A stretch of DNA of 64,000 nucleotides from Bugula neritina (Eukaryota > Animalia > Bryozoa). The position numbers and the translations under genes are program-made. Below, in pieces: positions 37,615-51,719 of the stretch (the first letter of the stretch is position 1; each line of letters opens with the position of its first letter). Under the pieces are notes generated by a model. That model ran no database searches, was not told where the DNA came from, and saw nothing but the letters and a program-made list of their open reading frames with translations. The DNA lies in assembly GCA_964035545.1 (NCBI GenBank), contig OZ037767.1, positions 15,752,998 to 15,816,997 on the forward strand, written 5' to 3'.

Positions 37615-40404
37615 TAAATAAGATACAACTGATTCTACTGTATATGATACTGTGGTATCTGTATTAAATTAAAACATAATTATGAAAACCAAAAGTTGTA
37701 TTTTGAGCACTTATATTATAGTAATTAAATTAACAGCTTAAAATAGGCACATTAAACCATGATTGGAATTTTAATCTATTTATCTTTATAATTATATTTA
37801 TTCTTTATTCTGAAAGTTGACCCAACACTGGTAACAAAACTAAAAGTAATTGATTAAGTATGATTTATTCTTACACACTTTACCATTATATTTAGTCTTC
37901 CTGACTTTCAGTCTGTCATAGTGATTACTACTATATGAAAATGACTTTGACTAAGGAGTCATAATTATAGTCACAGTGTTGATAAGTCAACAGTGTAGGA
38001 TTACCACAGCACTAGACTAGTACTACCTCCAGCTTTCAAGTTTATGTTAGGGTATCTCTAAGACTAAAGAGTAACCCTAATAATGTAAGCAAAGAGCAGT
38101 GAGTAATAAGCATGCTATTCAACTTCAAGTTTCACTAGTACTATAACCAATACCACATGTATTTTAATAAAATTATGTAGCTGGTGAGTGAACTATAAAA
38201 TTAAATAGGGATCAAACTTTGAGCAATATTAATAGAAATAATATTAGGACAGAGGTTTCCAATTATTAGTATGTGAAACCAAAGGGGAATGGATAACTAC
38301 TATTAGTATTATTACATTTACTTTATATTTAGTTTTACCAGTTCGTATTATGATTATCTTACTTTGAATTGTAAAGTATAATAATTATAATATTCATAGT
38401 AGTATATTTATATTAGTAATCAATATGTATATTAGTAAAAACATTTGTTTTAAGTTGCTTGTTTATTAAATTATTCTAAATCCTAATAACGCTAATCCTA
38501 ATATTAGTGATAATCATTATGCTCATCACTGTCCCCAAGTGCTATCAGTATGACCATCGCAATGTGAACCTAGACGTGAATGTAAAAAGGCACTGCAAAA
38601 CAGAACATGGGATGGAAGCAGATATCCATACCATAATACAAATATCGATATTGAATTTGATAATCATAATTATTATACAAATATAATGATAATGACTACA
38701 ATGATCAAAAATAAATAATACCAAAGAGTTTTCGAATTACTATTCATAAAAACAAATATCACATTTATAAAGATATAATCATATCTATTAATAAATTTAA
38801 GTCAATTATACTCATAGCAATAGTAATATAAATAGAAAAAAGAATCATTGACCAGGAGTAGGTGCAAAAAAAAAGTCAATTTTAAGACAAAGAGTAAGAA
38901 AAATACTAAATCGATATTTAAAATTACTTATTTTTAATCTTAGTCACTTACAGTCAGTCTTAGTTTAATTTTTACTACTAAGTCTTTAATTTCAAGTTCA
39001 TTTTGACAATAAACTTGAAGACTTTAACTAAGAATATGTATAATTCAAAATTCCAAACTGGTACAAGTAAAAGTTGCTACTGAAGCTTTGTAATATTATT
39101 TTAAGTTATTGGTATGATAGCATTATATTTTGATTCATAGCAATACTGATAGTGACAATTTCAAACATACCCATACCATTACTGTTACAGTTTAAGTTAC
39201 TATTGCCGTTGTGATTGCCGGTAATGAGTAAATATAACTTAAATTTATATGACTATTACTATTACTATTAGTATTACTATCACTTTCAGTACCGGTCTAG
39301 TATCAGTATCACCTTAATTCAAAATCAATGTATAATTTATCAAATTACTTTTATATTATCATTTATCAATAATATGTCTATCACTATGATATTATCATGA
39401 TATTGATCTTTAATTTAAACATAATAAAATCATAGGTATAATCATAATGATAATCATAATGCTTAATTTACTTTTAGTTCAGGTTCAATGATTTAAGAGT
39501 AAGTGAAAGTTACTATAACTATTGCCATTGTGATTGCTGGAAATAAGTAAATATAATTTAAATTTATATGACTATTACTATTACCAACACTCAGACTTAC
39601 TCAGACTCACTCTGTCTCTAACTCTAAGTCTGAGTCTCACTCCACCAGAGTGAGAGTGACACTGAATTACTATAACTATTACTATAACTATTAGTATTAG
39701 CATTAGTATTAGCAAAATATATCAACCTTATGATTATCTTATTAGTTATTACAATATGTTCGGCATTGATGTTGAACTAAAAATATTAATAGTTATTACA
39801 ATCACAATGACAATGCCAATATGATCAAAGACAAATGATTCCAAGCAGTTTCAGTTTGAGTTTGAGTTGAAGGTAAGTTATAAGTTGAAGTAGTACGTAA
39901 GTGGTAGTTGATACTGATACTATCACTATCAGTGATAGGTCTATACTCCATACCAATGAACTCAATAATATTACCTATATATTACCATAAATTATATTAC
40001 TATTAGTATTACCTATAATTAAAATATATTCTTTCTTTTCCAGCTCAGTGCTTCATACCACTGAACTGAAACTATAGTTCAATGCTTCATACCCTCTACT
40101 TAGTCTAATGCCGCGCACATGATGAGAATGTGAGGTGAAGGTCACTCACAGCTAAAATCGCCAAGGATCTGTAATCCATCACTAGTAGTAGTAGTTCTAG
40201 TAGTCGTACTACCAGTAATCTGGCTTCGCTATGACACTACGAAATGAATGTTGACAAGACGCATGCATGTTTGCTGTTGGTAAACTAATTTTTACTGAAT
40301 TTTAATCATGCTGAGCTGTAACTTATTTTCTAATGAAATAATATATTCAATAATAATATAATAAATATAATAATTATCATTATAATATTTTATCATTTAA
40401 TTTT
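37615..40404 (+). repeat. Palindrome spacer, a direct copy of 22804-25543 (segment B 5' part)
   Basis: Begins taaataagatacaactgattctactg and ends tatcatttaatttt; colinear with 22804-25543. Confidence 0.97.
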
Positions 40405-43400
40405 CAGTATATATTTTCCTAGAATGTTGTTTAGAGACATAAAAAAACTGCCTATGCACAACATACTTTGCATCTGTTTAGTATCTCGTAATTAGACATA
40501 AAAAAATCAAAGCCAATTATAAGGCAAAAGACCATAATACTGTACTATCATTGGATAGTTCTTCATCAATAAACAGGTAGTCGCCAGTGGTGGATATGAA
40601 CCCCTCCTAGATGTTTCTCGTACTTCTTCCTCAAAAAACATTTTCATTAAGCCAAAAAGAAAAACCAATACACCTTTTTAGTTGACACTTTTCAATTTCT
40701 GACTGATATTTCACCTTATTTCCAATTATAATTAACTTTTAACCGGCACTTTTCTTTGTAGTAATTCCTACCCTTTAGACTGTGTACTTTGAAATGAGTC
40801 TGTTTTACTCGTTACATAAAGTACAGTTGCACTGGCTACAGGTTGACACAAAAGCAAGCCTATCTTGATAAAATCATGCGCAAATGTAGAAACTATCGAG
40901 GAGTTTGTTCCTCATAATTAGAAATTGACTAATTATTTTTAATCCGTTTAAAAGCATCTGGTTAGGGAAGCATATGCCGTGTTCAATTTGTTATTCTAGC
41001 ATTAACAATAACAGAATGCAATAATTATAAGTTTATGAAAGTAATTTGTTTTCTTTCTAATTACAAATATAATATTTTAGTATAATATATTGTAAATTTA
41101 TAAGGCTTGCATTAGGAATAACGCAGCTAAAACATCATTTTCCTTAAAGCCTTAAAAATATATAAGTATAACATAATACACTATGCCAATAAACTTATTA
41201 AAGTACCAAGCAAGCTTAGCTAGTTTAAGAAAAATTACACTAGGTAAATTACCATTATTTATAGAATGCTTGCTGATATTAGCTTTTGATGTAATTGAAG
41301 TAAATTATTATTTATCTTTCTAGCTAAGAATTTCTTGCCGTAAGTTTTGCTTTTATGCATGGAGAAATGTCGTAACAAACGAGTTAAATTTTTATAGCAT
41401 ATAAAAATGTACTCTATAAGTCGAAGATATTTAAACTTAGCCATTAACTCATTTTGATTAGAAATGTAGCCTAAATCTAATACAATACAAAATATATACC
41501 AGTATATATAATATATTTTTACCATGCTGTTAATTACAGTATTTGTAAGACAAATTTTATGCTCATTAATTAAATGCAACAAATATTTATAAAATACTAA
41601 TAATGTTGTATAAATAAATTCAATAATTCCTTTTCTATTTAAATGACTGCATAATTTCTTGCAAGGTTGTATAAAGGAGTTGTGGCCCACCACTTATTAT
41701 GTGTTCAATTGCCACATATGTCTTAGGAAGAAGAAAACTCCCCAAAAATTCTTAGTTTGAAAATTCTAGTATAATTAAAATCACTTAATATATGTCTTTG
41801 AAATGCATTTTGCCACTCTGCAAAGTTGCAGGAACAAATATTGCATGAAGTAATGAATGATTTATGAAGTAATTAACAAACCAATGTAAAAACTGTTGTT
41901 GTATATAGAACACAACATATTGATTTTCTTCAATTTCCACATCAAATCTATATATTCAATTATATCTAACCAATGCTAATAAACTAAACATGCATGCATA
42001 CAAATATTTGCATCATATGCAAGTAATATTAGCTAATTAGCAACTATATATAGCATTTTTTTCATTATCTTTATTGCTTGCATATGTCTAAGTATTATTA
42101 AAATAAGGTTTTTATTTGCAACTTTGCACCACAAATTACATAAAATCTAAAAACTTGAGTTGTGACATAGGGCTACCTATACACAAATAGACCTTCATAA
42201 AACTCTGAATGATTTTATTCAACTCATGTATGCAAAAGTTTTGCTTTAAAACAATTCTTCTAAACCACCCTAGAGCAGGGAATTATTACAAAAACAGCTT
42301 CTCATATATAATCTTTCCCCAGATTAATTTTTTTTCCTGTATTTAAACTAACTTAGCAAATGAAGATTGTGATATCACTCAGGTAATCACATATATATTA
42401 TTCATAGCTGTAATACTTTAGCAATGAATAGATCATGTTTAATTTCCACTCTACCTAGCAGTTTTTCAGAATTATAGAGCTATGTATATCGTGAAATTGG
42501 AATAGCCTAATAGTTTTACATGTGTTTATAGCTAGTCAAGTTAACTTAAAAAGCTTACAATAATTAGATGATATTTGCATTCTTTTGAAGGTTATGGTGA
42601 AGCTACTGCAAAACTGGCCATTAGTTTAGCATAATATGCAATGCCATGCAAAAGCATGCCAAACAAGCAATGTTTATTTACCTTACCAGTGCAATTTTAT
42701 CACCTTAAACACAAAAGCAAGTATAAAATACACATCCATATTAGATTAACTGTCAAGTTAAAAAAAGACAACATATATTCATGAGCTGGTTCTGTTTGCA
42801 CAAGTACAATTTAGACCAGCTTATTATTTAGATTGCCACAAAAATATGACATAAAATATGTCTTTAATCATTATTTTGATATTCACTGGTTGAAGATATT
42901 TTTTATATCCTAATATGTAAATATTGTACATAAATCTTAAAAATTAACTAGGTGAATAAGGAAAACTGCTAATTTTATGAAACTGTTATGTTAATAAAGA
43001 CAATGGCTATCAACAAGTCCCACCAGACCACAAACTAATTGTAAATACTAAAGCAATTATATAGTGCTATGTGTTGATCTAGCCTAGTCAATACACCACA
43101 AATATGTATTATGACATACCACATTTTAAGTACTGGGTTACCATTTATTCTAATATATGGGTATTTGTTTAAACTGTTATATACAGCTTTTTGCACTACC
43201 AATATACAAGCCAGTTGTTATTCTGTCACTTTTTATCTACATCTCTTTTTAATGCCAGTTACTTGTTAGCTTCAGTACAAACAGCTAAACATTCTACTCT
43301 ACAGCCAATCTTACCGTTAACTCTTGTTTAACAATATTACAAGAATCTAAAATTTGGGTGTGTTTTAAGTATAATATTCTATCATTATAACTTTTAAATG

Positions 43401-46400
43401 AAACAATAATATGATAAATGCATTATAACTTTCTGAAAAGTCTGTTTGCAAAGTATATGTTTTTGGAAAATAGTTTTACAACATTTGCTAGGAGCATTAT
43501 ATTTATTCCTATCTAAAATAATTTTGTTTGAACTGCTATGTTTGTAATCATGTAATCAGAAGTAAAGCATCAGTAAAATGAGTATAAGTAGAAGCTTGAC
43601 AGCTACATTAGGCATTGCTACATAGTACATAAATATATGGCCGTATTAAATACTTAGCTGCATTCACAGATAAATGCATGGCTTGGAATTACAATACCAT
43701 AAATACATTATTTATTTAGCTGGGTAACTATACAATTATGCCAAAGTGAAAAGCCTTTGGTTATTAATGCCTGAAATGTCTAACAATCTACTTGGGAGAC
43801 CACCTTGTTGTTACAGAGTGAATGAGTTATTTGTTTGGCATTTGGATGATGGCACAAAGAAAGGCTATTTGGTTTGTTACTTGAGACTAGTAGCAAACTG
43901 CTACAGTCATAGCATCTTAGAAGATTTTGCATCACTTGCATCACTGCGTACATTACTTTAATGTAGCTATTGAAATTAATATCTCACTGAAAACACAGTA
44001 TTGCAAAATCTTAAGCTGTACATAATTATATTATGCATCAACAAGTACTTCTGCTATTCGACTATCCCAGGTTTATTTTAAACTAGCACTGCCAAAGTGC
44101 CTTGACTCTATTACACTGTTTACTAGCTAATTTTGTTCTTCTCAATAGTGAAATAGATCTATTGCAAGAAATTAATGACTAGATATAACAATAATGATTT
44201 TTAGGCAAGACTTTCGCATCTATATTGCTCATCTGCTAGCTTGAAATACCCCTCTCCTTGGACTAATCTCAGGCATTTCATTGTTGTTTAAACAGTTTTT
44301 AAACTCCTATTTCAATAAATCATTACCAACACTGCCTGCATGTATTAATATTCATTAGTGCCATCAATGCACTGTGGAGACAGCACCTGATGTTCTGTAT
44401 ATTACATTATAGTACAGAGATACTAAATCCAAAACATCTAAAACAATTGATGCTTCTACCAGATTTTTAGCACACCTATAATATGTATTCCTGTAGTAAA
44501 TATTAATAAGATGTTTTAACTGATAGTTTTTATGCCATTATAATAGTTTGATACTATAACTACAACTTGAAACTCTTTAACCAGCACATTGGTTAGCAAT
44601 ATTGCTTCTTGATATTTAATTGCTGGTTCACAAACTATCAATAATAGGGATGCATATCAAAACTTGACTGCATTCATAATATGATTTTAATGCTATGTAA
44701 TGACTAAGCATGTCTGGCTGATATGAGGTGACTATTTTGTACACTGTTTAACAACATCAGCTTTTTGGGTTCATTTAAAGCATCTGCAAATCTGTATTAT
44801 ACATAATTACTGTTAGGGCCAATTAATTAAATTGTTAACCCTGAAATGCTTTTTACACTGTAATACTAAGTAGCAAAAGACATGTATATACATATAAACT
44901 GATTGTAATTTATACATAACATTGTACATTTAAAAAAACTCACAAAATACATAATTTATTAGCTAAATTTCAAGGCGTTTTGTAGGTAGTGGGTTAATGT
45001 CAATAAAGTAGAATCCGGGAAGTTGAGTAGCTTTATTCAAGAGGAAGGCTCTCCAACAGTTCTACCAAAGCCTAAATAACATGTATAAAATAAAGGTTAT
45101 ATGCACAATTTTTTTCCAAAACAGCCTGCAACTGTTTTGCTATTGCATATGCCCTATGCCATTCATCAAGTAGAACAATTTTAACCAGGATATCTAGAAA
45201 CGTTGACACAAGGGCTTTATAAACTATGTAACAGTAAAACTGTGAGTAGAAATTAATTGACACTAATGAATAATGCTTTAGGTGCTGGCAACAACCATAA
45301 AAGAAAAGTTATATAACAAAAAAATAGAAAAAACACTAAACAAATCAACAGCATTATATACAATTGGGGCACATACATGAAAACAGCAGCTAGTGTCATT
45401 TTCTTAAGACAGCACTATTTTAGGTGTAAATTTGAGAAGTATTAGAAAATGCAGAAATTTACTGCAATTGGTTCATTTTATTTAAGTTAGTACATACTGA
45501 AGATCTCAAGTTTTTGCTAATGAACATGAGTTTTGGCCCGAAACTAAAAAAATATCAATAAATACACCTAAATAATCAAGGCTCTTTTTAATTTTCTTTG
45601 ATTTCCTATGCTATTTCTAATTACAGCAACTTCTGACTGGGGATCGCCACGGTTAGTTTGTAACAGTATAGGCAATCCAAATGAAATGAATAAATAGGAA
45701 AAAACATGAGAAATCATGCAAAATTAAGAAGAACCTTGATTATTTAGGTGTATTTCTTGATGTCTCACTAATTTTAAGCAAAAAGCATTGTTCATTAGCA
45801 GCTAAATTGTAAAAATGGCTAAAAACTGCAGATTTCCAGTGTGTACTAAATTAAATAAAAGGACTCAATCACCTTTGCAACATAATTCAATAATTGCATG
45901 GTCAAGCAGAATAAACTACAATTAACAGCAACAACAGTGCAATAGTTGCGTAGAAAAGTTGTACTGCAAAAAACTAAAAGAATGCAAAATCTATAAATGT
46001 GTGCTACCAAGTAAATGCTGAACAGACATCATGAAATAGTGTACGAAATACAAACTATTAAACTTACCTGTTGATCTAATGCAGCCAAAACCTTAAGCTT
46101 AGAGTAGTGGAATGGTGCTGTTCGATGTTGATACGCTACAAGTAGCTAAGATGACTCAAATTCTTGCCTTTAGGAGTAAGAGGCCTCAGCTCAGTTTCAA
46201 CAAAACTTCCAATAATCTCAACGGATGCGCTCAATTAGGAGCCACAACAAAGCACACCCATGTCATTTTAGTAAACTCTAAAAAATGAACGGAAATAAAA
46301 CTGTTAGAGAATAAACAGAGAAACATATATTGATGGGGGAAAAACCTGTCAGCAAAGGTTATATACACTCATAGTCATAACACGAAGAAAAAGATAATGA

Positions 46401-47069
46401 ATAACAACCTATTCAAGATGACACAAGAAACCAAACAAATTTCTTTGACTAAAAAATATAATTAAATACTATATTACTTGGCAAAAAATATTTGTTTTGA
46501 ACAACGTATTATTGGGAAGAATTGCCAGTGTCTCAAATTTTGAGATTAAAGTTTCTGCCTTATAGCGGAAATAGAGAGGCAATCAATAGTGTACAAAACA
46601 TGTTTTCAGTCATTGGCTGTTGACTAAAATGACAAAGGTAAAGAAAGCTTCCATATCATTATTTATTTTGTTCTCAAGTGTGTGGTTACAGTTTCATGAG
46701 TCAGAAATATAATTATTTGAGATATGAAATCAAGTGTAGTCAAAAGAGTGTCATACAATTTAAAATGTAGTAATAGAGCTTTGACAATAATTTCTTCTGC
46801 TAAGTAAAACAGGTACCATTATGTGCTACTTATCTTTTAGAGATGAACATCAAGGATGTTGAAAACAAAATAGTTGTAAATTACAGCAAATACCTTTCTA
46901 CTTACCTAACCAGAGAAAATAAGTTTTCAACCTTGCATGCACTCAGCTGGTTTTCAATGTTTGGATCAGTGACATCTTTATAACTGATAGCAGCATTATG
47001 TGATAGCTTTAGGAATTGTTACCTTAAATCTAAATTATATAGAACAAGAAGTGCAAAAATATGGCATTA

Positions 47070-50000
47070 CACAGAGAGAAATATTAGTGCAGCGCTTGCA
47101 CTAAAGTTGTTCAAAGAGCCTTTTATTGTCAGTATAGCCTGCACCACACCTCTAATAGTTGTTAGACCTGCACTTATTTTGATGAAATTGAAAATTAATC
47201 TGATTAGTGTAAGCTGAAAAATATTTTGTAGTAGCTCTGAAACCGCTTAGTTGTTAAGTCAACACTACTTTTCACTAGTATTACGTAATCATCATTCCTA
47301 GGTCTGAATGAAGCTAAACAGTAGTTGATAGGAGCAGAAAGTGAGATCAATGCTACAACTACATATGTTCAAGCAAAATTTTATTTACATAAGAATTATG
47401 GAACAATCGGCAGTTGTTCACCTAACAACATTATTCGTTCACATGTGCACTAATGATTATCACAAACCTTTATAGGAAGCTAGGATAGAGTTGAACCCTA
47501 CATTTGGGTCATTTCAATTGGTGCTTCCCAGTTAAATGCTATTTATACATTTTACGTGCAATTCATTTGAATACTATTGAAATATATGTGTATTTAAATA
47601 AATTTGAGTCAATTGCTTTTTATAATTGGCACACAAATAAATTTCTTTCCTCTGCATAAACCTATTAATTTTGCATTTTCTATATTTTTTGTTTTTTGAA
47701 AAAATGTTATTATTAATGCATTTAATGCTTTTTTTTAACACAAATTTGGAAAAATTTAAATATTATTGCAAATATATCATATTGTTGGTTATTTTATGTT
47801 TAGCAATTGATATGAAAGTTATATAAGGGTATATAGGTATATAATACTTAGTACCAAAACAAAAAATGCAACCTAACTGGGGAGCATATAAGTGGAATGA
47901 AACTCCTTCAACCTACTAGCTGTTTATGATTTCGAAATTTTTTTGAAGCCAAAATATTTTCAAATAGCTTCTTACCAGACTACTATTAAACATTGCCCCA
48001 CTCCGTTTATCAAAGACTTAAGTTGAATTTATCAACAAAAAATTTTAACTGCACATATCTCTTGCATGGGTTGTTTAGGCTTCACTAGTCAATTTCATTC
48101 ATGGAAAGGAAAGCCAACTAATTTAAAATGTGTGTAAAAGAGAGATCAGGGAGATGCACCATTAAACTCCAATGTACTCAGTTATCAGCAAATGTGTTTC
48201 AAACAAGAAGCTTAAAATTAACAATGAAACAAGCTACTGAATAGTCAATTGTGGATCAGGTGAACCACTTCAAAAGCCTTGTGTAAACTTGTGTAAACTA
48301 CCTGGTGGAACAAAAGAAGATGTTGCATAACAGAGCTATAGTAGAGAAATATTTAAATTGTAACTCAAAGGCAAGAAACTGGCTTACCAAGCAGTGACAG
48401 AGCAAAGCAAAGGTTATTACATAACAGCACATAGTTTTCATTCACGGCTATTCACAGAAGAAATATTTTGCCGGCATAGTGAACACCAGAGGCTCAGACT
48501 AAGAGGTTGTGCTTTGAGATTCAGTGAATTTGTGCTTTCAAACAACCCCACAACATGGAAAACATTGAATCATTTCATCACATGGGTAAATATTGCAGCT
48601 ACCTCTCAGAGATAGAAGATGATCACTTTCTTTCAAAGTTAGAAACTGAAGTTGTCATTGCAGCAAAAGGTAAGCCCAATCATTTGCTTAACGTTGTCAT
48701 TTGATATCACAATGACAGTATGAGTATGACTATTGCTGTAGACACATAATTGAATTTGTGCAACCATAACTTTTAAGAGACCACATTGACTAATAATTCC
48801 CAAACTACTCTATTCCTATATCAATTTGATATGAGTTTTCCTGTAACAATCTATTTTCAAAAAATTTAGCGTTTTATTTCCACTTCACCTTCTAGCAATT
48901 TGTGCTAAATTCATTAATTTGAATTCCCTCCCCCATTGTAAAAGTATTGTTACTAATGCAGTTTAGCAGCCTACAAGTAGTTATTAGCCTTAATCAGCTG
49001 CCAAGCTAGCTTCTTGTTTTATAGCTAAGTATCAAAATGCCAATATTAGTGGTGAGTTGGCAAAGTTGGCAAAATTTTTCATTAACTTCCAAGCCACCAG
49101 TTTATTCTTTTATTTATCTTTGCACAGCACAATTAAATATAAAAACATGTTTAAGTAGCAATATTTTTCTTGGTAGTACTTTATTTGTTTTTCAATTTAT
49201 AGACATACTGAAACTTATCAATATCTGTTATCTCGATATGAAGGGTCCATATAAAATGCTGACTCCAGCTTAAATTGTGATTCACTGACATTTTGAGATA
49301 ATTTTAATGCAGAGAAGCTTCTATTAACTAAACTAATTATGCCCAACAGCTCTTGCATTTGTAATTAAGAAAAAAGTAAAATAAAATGATGGCAAAAATT
49401 GTTAGTAAATTTTGATAAGCTTAAACTAACCCAAACACTACGCAACATAATGATCATAAGTTTGCCAAAGCCTGTATGGTTATTCAGAATCAAACGATTG
49501 GTCCGATGGTGCTGAAAATATGCTGAAAGATTCGTAGCTAACATCATTGATACTATTAGTTTTGGCCTTAGACTTCAGCTTTTTCAAAGTTGAACCTAAT
49601 TTATTTACGCTGCTTGTGATTGTATATCTTAACCAAATGTTTACTGTTTATACTAATACAGTTTAAATATTACCCAACTTTTTTCGTTTTTTGTAGATCC
49701 CATAACATTTTTTAAGACCATGCACTCAAAGATGCTGAATAGGAGCACAAAAAAGAATTTGACCGCTACAAAACTTTGAATCATGCTGAGACTTTCAGCC
49801 TGCAAGCAGGCGCACTCACCACTACATTACAAGCGTCACTGGGTGCTCTCGACACTACACCTCACCCACTTCTCAAGAACCCAGCTGCCCTTTTTATACT
49901 ACTTCTTCAAGCTTTCCTGGCCACTCAACTCCTCTTGGAGTACTACCACACTTTACTAACCGCTGGAATTAGTTATAAAACTTCCCCCTCCCATACTTGG

Positions 50001-50861
50001 GTTCCTATCACAGACCTCGGACTTGCACACAGGTGTGCTAACCATTACACACCACAACTGCTTGGTTATCGTTACACTACAGAGCAAGAATGTAATGACA
50101 CACACTATGGTCTTAGCAAGTTCTGCTAATATTGAGAAAAGTTAACTGAATTTGCAGTTGTAGAAAAATTCTGCAAATGTTTATTTTCATGTTTTTTTTC
50201 TTATTTTAATCTTTAGAAGTTAATTTTTGTTGCATTTCTTATATTCAACTATCACATACAATAAAATCCACATTACTATACTCTCATACTGGTTAGAAGT
50301 TATGACAAGTTAGTTCAGAGTGATCAGTAATAATTTTTGCAGAAGCTCATTTCCAACGAAAGTTAGAGCAGCATGGAACATTTATAAGTTCAGCTTTGAA
50401 TATAACTTAGTTCATCATTGAGCATATCTAAAATCATCATTGAACAGAAATAAGATCATCATTAAACATATATAATATCACTATTGAGCATTAATAAGAT
50501 CACCATTGAATATATATAAGCTCACCATTAAACATATATAATATCACTATTGAACATGAATAAGATCACCATTAAACATATATAATATCACTATTGAGCA
50601 TAAATAAGATCACCATTGAAAATATATAAGCTCACCATTGAACATATATAAGATCACCATTGAACATAATTTGGCTCATTGTGATAAATACCAAGAATCA
50701 ACTTCACAACTCTTTATATCAACATTGATCTAACATACTATTCACTGTGAACAGTACCTGACACTAATTTCTATTCACTGCTGGTCAATTTAGGGATCCA
50801 AAAAACGAGAGGTTTTAGTTGTCAGCTTATGTTCACTCTAACACTAATATTTCTCTCTGTG
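47070..50861. mobile_element. 3792 bp non-autonomous DNA transposon with perfect 20 bp TIRs and TA TSD; CAC termini suggest the CMC/EnSpm (CACTA-like) superfamily
   Basis: TA|cacagagagaaatattagtg ... cactaatatttctctctgtg|TA. The empty site (gagtacTAatgccat) is in the left arm at ~30950. No transposase ORF. Superfamily is an inference. Confidence 0.92.
50411..50668 (+). repeat. 22 bp minisatellite (~11 units) subterminal in the 3.8 kb transposon
   Basis: Consensus aagatcaccattgaacatatat. Confidence 0.9.
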
Positions 50862-51719
50862 TAGTACTCATTGCACAATACACACTTGCTAGAGTAGCTA
50901 ATCTAGCATCACATTAATTTAAGAGAGACAAAATTTTTTTTACTGTTCACAAATGATGAATATTAAAATTTGAATAATTAGACAAATTAACAATGATATT
51001 GATGTTAGTTCAAACAATACTAATGGTAAACACCAAAATACTTATAGGAATAGTCATGTTAACATCAATTAGAAAAGTAAAGATAATTTGAAAATGAGAC
51101 AGTTTATAGGTCTAACTCTTATAGTTGACAAGCAATTACAGGGCAGTCATATTGATGTAGGCTACCCTCAAAATGTAGCACTTTAAAAATATTAAAAAGA
51201 CAGCACATATAAGAACATAATCTTAAAAATAGGCATATGTGACACCTATATTTTGATTAACAAAGAAATCTTCTTTACTTTATTAATCTAGCTCATATAA
51301 TGGTATTCTGTCTTAGTATGTTATTTTAATACTTCAAATCTAATCAGCTACAGAAAAGTACTTCAATTCAAAGGCCTTCATAATTATTCTTTAGTTTGCT
51401 ATTTAAATAGACAGTAAGGTTGATGAATAAAATAAAAGTTAGTAAAGTAAAAACTAAATAAATTGAGAATAATATCTCCACTCTAAGGTTATAATCATTA
51501 TAAATTAACATTTTAATACTCCTGTTATCCTTAGGTATAGTTGTTAGCAATTTAAGTATGAGCTCGAAGCCAAATGTCAGTATCAGCATCCCCATTACAT
51601 TGACTAAGACTGACTTTATAACCCTCAAGCTGTGGCACTCAATTTCTATAAGTAGTAACTAATAACAAATATAAAATTATTTATTTGCTACTGATAGTGA
51701 TAATAATTAAAAATAATAA

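Noticed and set aside
37614-40405. Palindrome as a fold-back sequencing artefact
   Set aside because: The arms differ by many variants and a TSD-flanked insertion, and the spacer is a distinct third copy. A haplotype mis-join remains possible and is listed as the test.
41259-41693. 144 aa ORF
   Set aside because: It has a non-ATG start and AT-driven composition, and the mirror copy at 36332 has internal stops; no recognisable domain
50411-50668. CRISPR-like array
   Set aside because: The 22 bp units are contiguous with no unique spacers, there are no cas genes, and the context is eukaryotic
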